A stretch of 64,000 bases of DNA from Gammaproteobacteria bacterium (GTDB lineage Bacteria; Pseudomonadota; Gammaproteobacteria; Eutrophobiales; Eutrophobiaceae), in assembly GCA_965215365.1 (NCBI GenBank), contig CBDCDS010000003.1, positions 192,001 through 256,000 on the forward strand. The letters run 5' to 3'. Both the position numbers and the translations under genes were made by a program. Each line of letters begins with the position of its first letter. Positions within the stretch are counted from its first letter, which is position 1. The notes under the pieces were generated by a model. The model made no database searches. It saw only the letters and a list, made by a program, of their open reading frames with translations, and was not told the origin of the DNA. Shown piece by piece: positions 19,724 through 29,500 of the stretch.

Positions 19724-20995
19724 TCAACCGGCCGGCACAAACACCAGACTGATGATCGTTGCCGTCAGGCAAGTGGTGATAAACGCCACTACCACACACT
19801 TCAGGCCGAGGCCGACGATTTCTGCGGTGCGTTCCGGCGCCATGGACGTCAGGCCGCCGATCATGATGGCAAGGCTGCCAAAATTACTGAAACTGCACAA
19901 GGCGTAAGTCATAATGAAGCGCGCAGGTTCACTCAGTGTCCCCGGCGCCAGCTCGGCCATGGTGATGTAAGCCACCAACTCGTTCACAATCACCTTGGTG
20001 CCAAGCAGGGAGCCGGCGATTTGCGCATCAGCCCAGGGGATTCCCATCAACCAGGCAAATGGTGCCATAAACCAGCCCAGTATTCGCTGTAGCGTCAAAT
20101 CCTCAGCGTAGGTCGGGATGAATGAGAGCAACGAGTTGGCCAAGGCGATGACTGATACAAATACTATCAACAAGCCAATCACGTTCAACAGTAATTTTAC
20201 CGCATCGACTGTGCCGCGCGTCAGGGCATCCAGAGAAGACCGGTACGGGTTATCCATATTGACCGCGGCAGTATCCTGGCTGCCGTCGCCTGGCACCATA
20301 ACCTTGGCCAGCATGATGGCGCCGGGGGCATTGATCACAGAGGCTACCAGCAGGTGACCAAAGGCATCGGGAATGAAATTTTGCAGGATGCTTCCCAGCA
20401 GCACCATGGTGGACCCGGCCAGGGTGGATAACCCTCCCGCCATGACCACAAACAGCTCGCTGCGCGTCAACTTCGGGATATACGGCTTCACCAGCAACGG
20501 CGCTTCGACCATCCCCATAAACACATTTGCAGCAGCCGAAATGCCGACCGCGCCGCTCACCTTGAAGGTCTTCCTGACAAAAAACGCAGCCCCCTTCACG
20601 ATCAACACCAGGACGCGCCAATGCCACAGGAGCGCCGACAGGGCGCCGACCATGAGCACTACCGGCAACGACTGCAAGCCAAAAATAAACGACGACCCCG
20701 GGCCGGTCGGCTCGAAAGGCAGCTCACCGCCACCGATGTAACCGAACACGAAACTGGTTCCTTCCAGGGTGGCATCCTGGAGCAGGCTGGCCGCGCGCGC
20801 CAGCAAAGCTAACAGCTGTTGCGCCCACGGCATGTTCATAAGTAACGCGGCCAGGATGAATTGGCAGGACAAGCCAACCATGACGATACGCCAGGGAAAC
20901 CGCGCCCGGTTTTCTGATAGCAACCAGGTCAGGCCAATGAAGGCGAACACGCCGATAAGACCTTGTGTGAACTGAGCTTGCATAAATCCGGTCAC
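19724..20995 (-). CDS. nupC: Concentrative nucleoside transporter (NupC/CNT family)
   Basis: LSENR, GTSFVFG, ANVFMGMVEAPL, NELVAY, YALCSFSNFGS. Confidence 0.9.
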   Translation of the reverse strand: MTGFMQAQFTQGLIGVFAFIGLTWLLSENRARFPWRIVMVGLSCQFILAALLMNMPWAQQLLALLARAASLLQDATLEGTSFVFGYIGGGELPFEPTGPGSSFIFGLQSLPVVLMVGALSALLWHWRVLVLIVKGAAFFVRKTFKVSGAVGISAAANVFMGMVEAPLLVKPYIPKLTRSELFVVMAGGLSTLAGSTMVLLGSILQNFIPDAFGHLLVASVINAPGAIMLAKVMVPGDGSQDTAAVNMDNPYRSSLDALTRGTVDAVKLLLNVIGLLIVFVSVIALANSLLSFIPTYAEDLTLQRILGWFMAPFAWLMGIPWADAQIAGSLLGTKVIVNELVAYITMAELAPGTLSEPARFIMTYALCSFSNFGSLAIMIGGLTSMAPERTAEIVGLGLKCVVVAFITTCLTATIISLVFVPAG

Positions 20996-21093
20996 TTATT
21001 CAGCGGGGCGCCTGTGAGAATCAGAGGCTCTTTGCAGTAACAGAACAGCCGCATCGTACAGTCTTGCATACGTCAGGAATTCTGCGAGCAACA

Positions 21094-22251
21094 TTACGCC
21101 CGGTAAGGCACCAGCGTACTCAGAGACAGGGTATGTTGCAGCATTATTTCACCTTTTGCTCCCCTCACTTCCAACACTATCAGTGGGTCAACGAGGTCCC
21201 ACCGAATCTGAACCAGACCAAAGTTGCGCGCGTGGGCACTCTGTGCCTGAGCCCGGTTGGCCCAAACCCGGTTAGCATTCGGCCCCGGCGTCGGCCAGAA
21301 ATGGGTCAGGCCGCTGGAAGTCAGATCCCAGAGCGGATAGGGTACGTCTGTCGTTTCACAGGAGAGCTCGCCATAGTGAATATCGCCGCTCAGAAACAGC
21401 ACGCCGGCCGCGCCGGTGGTTGCAAGCAGCCGGATGAGACGTAACCGCTCGGTGGGAAAGTTGGCCCAGGACTCCCAACCCCGGAAGCCGGCGGCAAACG
21501 GAACACTGCTGCATATCAGGCGCAGGCGCGCCGGGCGCACCAGTTGTCGTTCCAGCCATAGCCACTGTGCCTCATGCAGCATCCGCGCCTCGGGCCCCGT
21601 ATCGGGCCGGTAAGGACCGAACCCGCTTGCTCTGGCCTGTGCCAACTCGCTTTCCGGCAAATGTCTCAGCGGCGACCGCCCGAAACGCGTATCCAACAGG
21701 ATGATCTGCACCCGGCGCTCAGGAGGGCCGTATTCATGGGCTGCATAAATGCCGCCCGGCTGACTGCGGTGCGGGTCACCCGTTGGCGCTTGCCAGAAAT
21801 CCAGGAATAACCGGCGCGCAGATTCTTTCAGGTCGAAGTCCGCGCCGCCGTCCCTGAGCCCATAGTCATGGTCGTCCCAGGTAGCCAGGATAGGGACTCG
21901 TTCACGGAATACCTGAAACTCCGGTACCAATGCAAACCGCTGGTAGGCCCTGCGCAGCGCCGTCATGGCGTCCGCCGGCCCCGCAACTTCCTCCTCTGCA
22001 TAGACCGTATCTCCGAGAAACAGGAACAAGTCAGGACTTGTTTGCAGGATCGCGTCCCAAACCTCCTGTGGTTCCCACGATTTACAGCAGGAACCCAAGG
22101 CAATGCGAGTGGAGGGCAGAAGAGCAGGGGGCGGAGCAGCGATATTGGCTGTTCTCGTTGCGCCGACAGAGAGGAATGGCAGGCCTGCCCCGAGTCCGGC
22201 AGCCAGGGCGCCGGTAAGAAACCGGCGCCGGTTATGGACAGGCATGGACAC
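21094..22251 (-). CDS. phoD: Alkaline phosphatase D family, Tat-exported
   Basis: RRRFL Tat motif, GSC, GDTVY, WDDHDYG, LLDTR, ESW, LSGDIH. Confidence 0.88.
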   Translation of the reverse strand: MSMPVHNRRRFLTGALAAGLGAGLPFLSVGATRTANIAAPPPALLPSTRIALGSCCKSWEPQEVWDAILQTSPDLFLFLGDTVYAEEEVAGPADAMTALRRAYQRFALVPEFQVFRERVPILATWDDHDYGLRDGGADFDLKESARRLFLDFWQAPTGDPHRSQPGGIYAAHEYGPPERRVQIILLDTRFGRSPLRHLPESELAQARASGFGPYRPDTGPEARMLHEAQWLWLERQLVRPARLRLICSSVPFAAGFRGWESWANFPTERLRLIRLLATTGAAGVLFLSGDIHYGELSCETTDVPYPLWDLTSSGLTHFWPTPGPNANRVWANRAQAQSAHARNFGLVQIRWDLVDPLIVLEVRGAKGEIMLQHTLSLSTLVPYRA

Positions 22252-22299
22252 AAAAAGAACCTTTGGTGTTAAAACTGGGGATCCCTACGCGAAGCGCAC

Positions 22300-24684
22300 T
22301 CAGAAAACGCCTTTTACCGTAAACGTAATACTGCGGGGGGCGCCGATGAAGTAGCGTCCGGCCCATTTTCTGTCAACGCCCAGCAGTTCCGGGGCGACTC
22401 CGGACAGATAATCCTTATTGGTGATGTTCTCCACATTCAAGGCAAAGGTGAGGCCGCGCAGGTAATCGAAATTCATCTTCCTGTTATAGGACATGTTCAG
22501 ACCGAATACCGTATAGCCTCGTATCCTTTCGTCCGACGACGTAACCTGGGCAACCTGTTCGGGGGGGCTGAAGGCGCCGCTGGCGAAGCTGAAGTCGGGC
22601 AGCAGACCGGTGGATGCCCGGGGATTGCCATAAAAGCCGGCGCGATCGCCGACATGGTTCATGTTAATGGAAAAATTGAAGTTTTCCGTGGGCTGCCAGG
22701 ACAATTCCATAAACAGTTTATCGTTGGGAATACCCACTAAGTCCTCGCCGTCACGGATAAAGCCGGCCGCAGGATTGCCGTCAGCGTCCAGGCTGCTCTC
22801 ATCGAGCACATACTCATGGGACTGGTGCGTGTAGGCGGCGTAGAGTTGAAAATCCTGATACCTGCCGTTAAAGGTAAACTCCACCCCTTCCACTTCTTTG
22901 CCCTGATCGAGGTTATCGGAAGCCAATGTATTGGCGGCGTCTACGGCAATGACTTCCTCTGATTCAAGCCGGAAATACTGCACACCCAGGGCCAGATTGT
23001 TGCTGGTATATCTGATGCCGGCATCAATGACGTCTGATTTATCCATAGTGTTGATTTCCTCGGCGGGGTCGGGCGGGTCGCCGGCGCCGTCTTCAAGCAC
23101 CGCATCGGAGACGGTTGCCGCATTCTCGGCATAGCCGGCAAAGACCTCCACTGCGTCGGTGATGGAAAAGACCGCGCCGACGTTGGGCAGGACGCCCGAA
23201 TCCGTTGACACACTATTGACGTAGTCAAACAAGCCGTCATCGGAATCCTGGATGGGCGCCGTGTAATCGACATCGTTGTCCATGTAAGACAGTCCCCACT
23301 CGACGCTCAGGCGCTCGTCAAACAAGGTGGATTTATTGCCGAAGTACAGCGTCCATACCTGATTATCCCACTCTTTGTCCTCACTGGTATGAAACGGCGT
23401 GCCGACATAATCAGGTCCGGCCATGGGGTTGACCAGCCGATGCCAGTGCCGCACCTGGCTGCGCTCGGCGTCCTCATACCAGACCCCCGCCTTCCAGTTC
23501 AGCAGCTCGTTGTGGGACCCGGCCACCTCAAAGATGGCGCCGTAGCGATCCATTTCATAGTGGTTATTGCGGTAGTAGAGCTGGCGGCCGGTCTCGTCGG
23601 TATTGTCAATCGGGTCCGGCACTGCGCCCTCATCACTGGCGTTCATAAAGCGACCGACGCCATCCTGGAAGTGGTAATAGGGCTTTAAGGTCATGGCAAT
23701 GGCATCCGTGAATGGCAGCATGAGTTCTGCATAGCTGAGGTTGTCCTCGCGGGCGTTGCCCCGAGTGGAGCGATGCAGGCGATCAACCAGCGGATTGCCG
23801 GTCCAGTCATCGGTATAACCATCGCTGTTCGGGTTCAGCGAAAAAGCCGGGTTGGTCGGGGCAAAGGCATCAAAGAAACAACGTCTGTTTTCGGCGGCAC
23901 AGGGTGTCTGCAACAGCGCAACGATATTGTAGCCACTGGCATCCCGGTCGTTATAACTGTGGCGCAGCTTCAGCACGGCGCCGTTGTCGAATTCCTTCAC
24001 CAGCTTGGCGTCGATGTGCAGGCGCTCGTTCACGCCGGTGCCTTCGCCAATCCAGACATCGGTATCCTGGAAGGACGCGCTCAAATAGGCAGTGGCACCG
24101 CCGAGTATCTCGCCGGTGTCATAGCGCAGGTAATACCGTTCATAACTGTGGCTGCCCAGGGAGAAGTCCATGCGCGCACCGGCCTCGCGGTCCGGGTCTT
24201 GCGTAACGTAGTTGATATGGCCGACCAGGGCCTGGCGCGAGGGGGAACCAGTCACACCGGCGGATTGCGAAACATCGATGCCGGCCAGATTGGCGGTATC
24301 CACAAAGCGGTTGGGCACGGCGCCGCCCCCCAAAGTGGTGCGGCCGTTGGGGATGCCATCAATGGAAAAACCGATATTGTCCTTGTTGAACCCGCGCATG
24401 TTGATAGTGCTGTCAAAGCCGCCGCCGCCCAAGGGGTCGGAGGCACCCACCTGGATCCCGGAAATCCGTTGCAACAGCTGCGCGGCGCCGGTTCCCGGCG
24501 GCAGCTCCTCGATGGTTGCTGCGTCAATCCTGATATTGGCACGGGTTTCACCGACACCCACCGATTGTCCGAAAACGACAATTTCTTCTATAGGGTCGCC
24601 GTCTTGCGCGTTGAGGACACCACTGCCGAGGAACAACATGCCCCCCAGAAGAGCACTTGAACTGCTGATCAGATGGTTAATCAT
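22300..24684 (-). CDS. TonB-dependent receptor
   Basis: Signal peptide, TonB box EEIVVFG, plug (INMRGF, IDGIP), C-terminal NVENITNKDY...GAPRSITFTVKGVF. Confidence 0.9.
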   Translation of the reverse strand: MINHLISSSSALLGGMLFLGSGVLNAQDGDPIEEIVVFGQSVGVGETRANIRIDAATIEELPPGTGAAQLLQRISGIQVGASDPLGGGGFDSTINMRGFNKDNIGFSIDGIPNGRTTLGGGAVPNRFVDTANLAGIDVSQSAGVTGSPSRQALVGHINYVTQDPDREAGARMDFSLGSHSYERYYLRYDTGEILGGATAYLSASFQDTDVWIGEGTGVNERLHIDAKLVKEFDNGAVLKLRHSYNDRDASGYNIVALLQTPCAAENRRCFFDAFAPTNPAFSLNPNSDGYTDDWTGNPLVDRLHRSTRGNAREDNLSYAELMLPFTDAIAMTLKPYYHFQDGVGRFMNASDEGAVPDPIDNTDETGRQLYYRNNHYEMDRYGAIFEVAGSHNELLNWKAGVWYEDAERSQVRHWHRLVNPMAGPDYVGTPFHTSEDKEWDNQVWTLYFGNKSTLFDERLSVEWGLSYMDNDVDYTAPIQDSDDGLFDYVNSVSTDSGVLPNVGAVFSITDAVEVFAGYAENAATVSDAVLEDGAGDPPDPAEEINTMDKSDVIDAGIRYTSNNLALGVQYFRLESEEVIAVDAANTLASDNLDQGKEVEGVEFTFNGRYQDFQLYAAYTHQSHEYVLDESSLDADGNPAAGFIRDGEDLVGIPNDKLFMELSWQPTENFNFSINMNHVGDRAGFYGNPRASTGLLPDFSFASGAFSPPEQVAQVTSSDERIRGYTVFGLNMSYNRKMNFDYLRGLTFALNVENITNKDYLSGVAPELLGVDRKWAGRYFIGAPRSITFTVKGVF

Positions 24685-24796
24685 GGAGCTATCCCCCCTG
24701 ATAGTTATTGGTAAAGAAATCAGTCACCTAACAAAAACGGTCTCAACCTGCGTTGCTCACTTGGCGAAGATACTCAGTGCCTGATGAGAAATGTAA

Positions 24797-24810
24797 GTTA
24801 ATCGTTTAAG
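24797..24810. promoter_or_regulatory. Putative LacI-family operator in the divergent promoter region
   Basis: GTTAATCGTTTAAG, preceded by TAA as at 18732; lies between the TonB receptor and LacI genes. Confidence 0.6.
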
Positions 24811-24923
24811 CTAAAGTATAGCATACCGCTGTAAGAAAATGTAAAGGAAAATTTTCCAATTCCCGGTAAAATCCACAAATACGCTCTTGCCTTGCCCCGA
24901 ACCTGATAATTGATGACCGAACC

Positions 24924-25895
24924 ATGGCCAAGTTAAAAGATGTTGCCGCAAAAGCCGGCGTGTCCGTGGCGACGGTGTCTTACGTCCTGAATGATTCCGG
25001 CTCGGTGAGCAGAACGGTCAGAAACAAGGTGTTGGCTGCGGTTCGGACGCTGCAATATACGCCCAACCGCTCCGCGCAGGCAATGCGCACCGGGCGCACT
25101 AAAACCCTGGGACTGGTATTGCCGGACTTACTCAACCCGTTATTTCCCGAGATGGCCCAAGCCATTGAAAACACTGCCCGCAAGCTGGGTTATTCAACGT
25201 TTCTTGTCGATACGAAACTTTCCATTGATAGTGAAAGACAGGGTATCGAGTCGTTACTCAGACAAGGTGTAGAGGGCGTTATCTGGTTTCCGCAATCGCA
25301 ACAGAACACGGTGGAAGTTGCGTCAAGGCAGGTCCCCATTGTGGTGCTGGACCGTGAGCTGCCGGGCTTTGACGTGGTGCGCCCCGACCATGAAGCGGGC
25401 GGGCGCCTGCAAGCGGAATACCTGCTGCAAAAGGGACATAAACGGGTGGGGCTGTTATCTGGCCCCATGTCGGTTGACAATATGCGCCTGCGCCGGGATG
25501 CCTTTTATGAAGCGTTCGTCAACAAAGGGGACATTGTCTGGGAGCTTGAAAACCCCTTTTCGATAAAAATTTCCGAGGCAAATAAAGAGCAGTTACAGCG
25601 GAACCGACCGTCGGCGGTGGTGGCCGGCAATGATATTATCGCCGTAGGTGTCATCAAAACCTTAACCGAGGCAGGTATCGCAGTCCCCGAGCAGGTATCC
25701 GTAATCGGTTTCGATAATATTTCATGGTGTGAGGTGGTCACGCCAACCCTGACGACAATACGCATGCGCTTGCAGGATATTGCCGCAGATGCCATAAGGC
25801 TACTAATTCAGCGCATAAACTCTCCGGACGAGCCTGAACGCAAAGTCATTGTTGGGGTCGAACTGGCAGCGCGCGGTTCAGTCATACAAGTTTGA
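24924..25895 (+). CDS. LacI family transcriptional regulator
   Basis: LKDVAAKAGVSVATVSYVLN HTH, YTPN hinge, SVIGFD, PTLTTI. Confidence 0.93.
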   Translation: MAKLKDVAAKAGVSVATVSYVLNDSGSVSRTVRNKVLAAVRTLQYTPNRSAQAMRTGRTKTLGLVLPDLLNPLFPEMAQAIENTARKLGYSTFLVDTKLSIDSERQGIESLLRQGVEGVIWFPQSQQNTVEVASRQVPIVVLDRELPGFDVVRPDHEAGGRLQAEYLLQKGHKRVGLLSGPMSVDNMRLRRDAFYEAFVNKGDIVWELENPFSIKISEANKEQLQRNRPSAVVAGNDIIAVGVIKTLTEAGIAVPEQVSVIGFDNISWCEVVTPTLTTIRMRLQDIAADAIRLLIQRINSPDEPERKVIVGVELAARGSVIQV

Positions 25896-25978
25896 CCTCA
25901 GTCCAAATTTAGTGTGAGTTGTATTTGATACCATAGCCCTTGAGACAATGCCCTGAAAGTAAATCAGGAGAGTACGGC

Positions 25979-26494
25979 GTGCCATTAAAAATAAACCCTT
26001 CATCTACTACTTACCCTGCGGCAGTGCCGCAGGAACGGCAGCCGCGAGTTCTACCGGGTTCGCGAGAACAAGCCTCGTCGCGTCAAAACGAAGGGATTAG
26101 TCTTGATCGGCTTGAGGCAAGTCCTGCTCGCTATACAACCAGCCTTCCTCATCATGCAGGCATGCCCGATACAATTATTAATATTGACGCACTGGAGCAA
26201 AATTTGCTCATTAAACCATTGCTGCAAGGTGCGCCTCCCAACACGGAAACCCGTAGCTTGGGCTCACTGAGCAGGTTGGGTATGGATCGGATGTCTGAAG
26301 AAGCCAAAGACGATAACAGGAGGATGGGGCAGGAAGGCATGTCACGAGACAGGTTTCACACCCTGTTTGGCCGTGACGCGAGTGAGCCGGGCGAGGCGCG
26401 TTCGATACGGTTTATTCCCTCGGAGTCGAGGCCGGGCCACCACGATAATCTTGCAGGTTTTTTACGCGTTAAGGAGGATCTTGGGATGGCCTGA
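25979..26494 (+). CDS. Fragment 1: Ser/Pro-rich effector-like N-terminus
   Basis: CAGGAG-8nt-GTG; MPLKINPSSTTYPAAVPQ; next frame is open from 26473. Confidence 0.5.
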   Translation: MPLKINPSSTTYPAAVPQERQPRVLPGSREQASSRQNEGISLDRLEASPARYTTSLPHHAGMPDTIINIDALEQNLLIKPLLQGAPPNTETRSLGSLSRLGMDRMSEEAKDDNRRMGQEGMSRDRFHTLFGRDASEPGEARSIRFIPSESRPGHHDNLAGFLRVKEDLGMA

Positions 26495-26589
26495 CTTACG
26501 CCGCTACATATCCTGTTGTTTCCTTTTCCGTCGATGGTCCAGAAGGCGACAAGCGGGAATATTTATACCTGAGAGGCTATTCGGGGAGG

Positions 26590-29500
26590 TTGTTGAGTAT
26601 TGAAAAGTTTCAATCACTTATCAATATACCGCCAGCAAAGCCGGTAGCAGAAATATTGGGCGAGGCACAACAGAACCCCGCAACAACTTTTGCATACTGT
26701 CTTCAGGAAAATTACAAGATGAACCTGTACAGTAGAAACATAGTCATGGGCCTGTCACAACATGCAGAGTTCTATGAGGCCAAGCACGGCATGCTGAATG
26801 CCCCCGTTTACCGGCAGGTCGATGTCAGGGCACCGGCGCTGAAACCGTTCACCGGCGCGGCATCCCCCTGGTGGGGCGATTATGAGATGAATACATACGC
26901 GGTCCCGGAAACGATCAGGCAGAACAAGCGGGCAAACCTTGAAGCAGGCGAAGATGTACTGGATATATCGATTGGGTATCCCAAAATACAGGTGGTTAAT
27001 TACAAGGCCGAAAATAAATTCATTATTTATGCTTCGGAGCAGGTTTCGGCCACGGGCCTCGCGCCCGGGCGCCAACAGTCAGCACATTTTATTTCCGGCC
27101 CCATACTCAGTGTGATCGAAGGAGTTAAATCGGTGCAATTGCTGGGTCCTGAGTATGCCCCCGGTGCGCAAACCGGTTTTAGCGGGCAAGCCGGTAGGGT
27201 CGGTAAACGAATAGCCGGCTCGCCATTCCCTGATGTCAGAAGGATGATAGAATCCGACAAGCCCGTGACCTTGGAGGTGACCTGCCAGGATGGCTCGCAC
27301 CACCGGGTCGTGATTAAAAACAAAAAGGTGATGATGCATATAGACAATAGGGAGATGGGAAGAAACAACGCGTTTTATGGAAATAGTAAGGGTGCAGAGG
27401 TTCTGAATAAAGGCAAGGTGTTGCAGGATTTTGCTGACGTCAATACGTATAGCTATAACGGAACATACACCGGTGTCTTCAGTTCCCCCACTGGCAGGAG
27501 GGAGCCACAACTGGTGACCGATAACCAGGAAAACCTGCCCCTGGCACCGATTATTACCCCTGCGCCGGGCCAGTGGCCAGAAATTACCGAGGCATATCAG
27601 CGCGTTATCAGGGAAATTACCCAGCTGGGACAATCAACCTTATTCGGACGGAACATCCTGGCTAGAGTGCTTTTGAACCCCGCACTGAATGCCACGACAA
27701 AAACAGCAATGATCATGCTTTCACACCAGATTGCCAGTAATTTTACAAGAGCCAATATTAGCGCGTTTGGCACCGCTGTCCCAGTGGTAGCTTCAATTGG
27801 AACGCCACAGTTCTGGGCTGGGATTTTTGCACTGGTGGTCATTCAGAATCTGGCCGACAAGGCATTGAGAAAAGTTCTGGCGCCGCTGGTCCCAAAGGAG
27901 CTATTAAGCGACGATAATTTTCTCACCAGGCATCTCACGCGGGTTTTGGGCAATTGTTCGATAGAATTTGCCCGTTTGATGATCAACCACTCTATTCTGT
28001 TCGCTACCGGGTTCAAGAAACACCACATAGAGATCCCCGTACACTTGGCCCAAGCCAGCACCTACGCAGTCATTCGAGAGGCCCGAAGACAGTATGGAGA
28101 CAGGCGCTCTTATCCTCTCACACATGCAATATTTGACCTTCTGCAATTCACCAATGATGTGGCTTGGAGGTCACTGGGAAATACTCTGGCATATCAACAG
28201 ACCGCCCCAAGTCCACCTGCGGATACTCCTGACAGCAACGCAGTTAGCCCGGAAGTGGCGGGCTCGGGCGCATCAGGCTCAGGCATGATCGAGCCGAGTA
28301 CGGGCGAGGCAATGGCGAACTCAGACCCACCGCTGGCAGGAACAGGAGAGGCTTATTTACAGGCGCTGGCACAGCGGACGAGCGTTCGTGTCACCGATAA
28401 ACTGTTTTTTCCAACGTTAGCGCAACTGTCCGACCATATCAAACCCGCCGATGGCAAAGGACCGGTTGCAGACCAGTTCAAGCGGATATACCGAGACAAG
28501 CTACCGCTATCGAATAAATTATCGTCCGCGAGCGTGTGGATCGATGAAAAATCCTATAAATATACTCCTGAAATGTACAAGCATCTCTGGTTTCATGCTC
28601 CCTCTTATGGCGCACGCATGAACAGGGTCTGGCTGCTTTTCAGGATGCACTTGAAGTTGGCTGCCTGTTGTTCTCGCGGGAACTCTTTGCTTACCCCGCA
28701 GGACAGAGACATCGCGGCATTGTTGGACACGTATGCTGATGCCAGTGACGAGCAAAAAAGTGAATTTATGGCGACGCGTGGTAAAGAAGTTGAAGCGCTG
28801 CTCGAGCGTATCAGCTACGAAAAACAGGTGCTCGACCCGCAGCAACAAAAGTTTTTTCAACGCTACACGCAAATGCTGGGTGTGAATACAGAGCCCTCAA
28901 GATCGGGAGGGACAGCAGGCGGCACTTCCGCCCCGGTCGATAGCGATCCCGTTTTGGAATCCTCGGGGGAGCCTCTCCAACCCGTGAATACGCCACCGGC
29001 CTCGAGCAGACCTTCCCGACCTTTCGACAGAGGCCCCGCCCTCGGCCCCCTGTACAAAGAAAGTGCGTTTTTGGAACCGGATAAACGTGACGGTAGCGTT
29101 CATAAAAAAGATACGACTTTCTCTGACCGCTACCAGGTCAATATCATGGAAATGCAGAGCAGGATGCGTGCGGCAGCCTCACTTGAAGAAGATATAAATA
29201 CGCACTTCCCCGGCCCCGAACACTCCCATTTCCGGGAAGAATTGAGGCGGGCCATCTCAAGCTACACCGTTGAATCCGGCTTTTTCCATCTTCCCTTGCG
29301 ATACGCACACACGGGGCAGCCCAGGTGGATCGAAGCGGTCAGGGGAATCAAAATTCCTTACACCGTGCTTAACACTCCCAATAACGTGACGGACGAGTTC
29401 ACCGAGCAAGTCGATCCGATTGGCGCAATGTACATTAATCTGGCTCTGCGTGATGCCGCAAAATTTTCTTTTCCGGTAATACGCGGGGTTCACACGGTAG

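Noticed and set aside
24781-24795. CTGATGA hammerhead core
   Set aside because: No stem II followed by GAAA; it lies in an AT-rich promoter.
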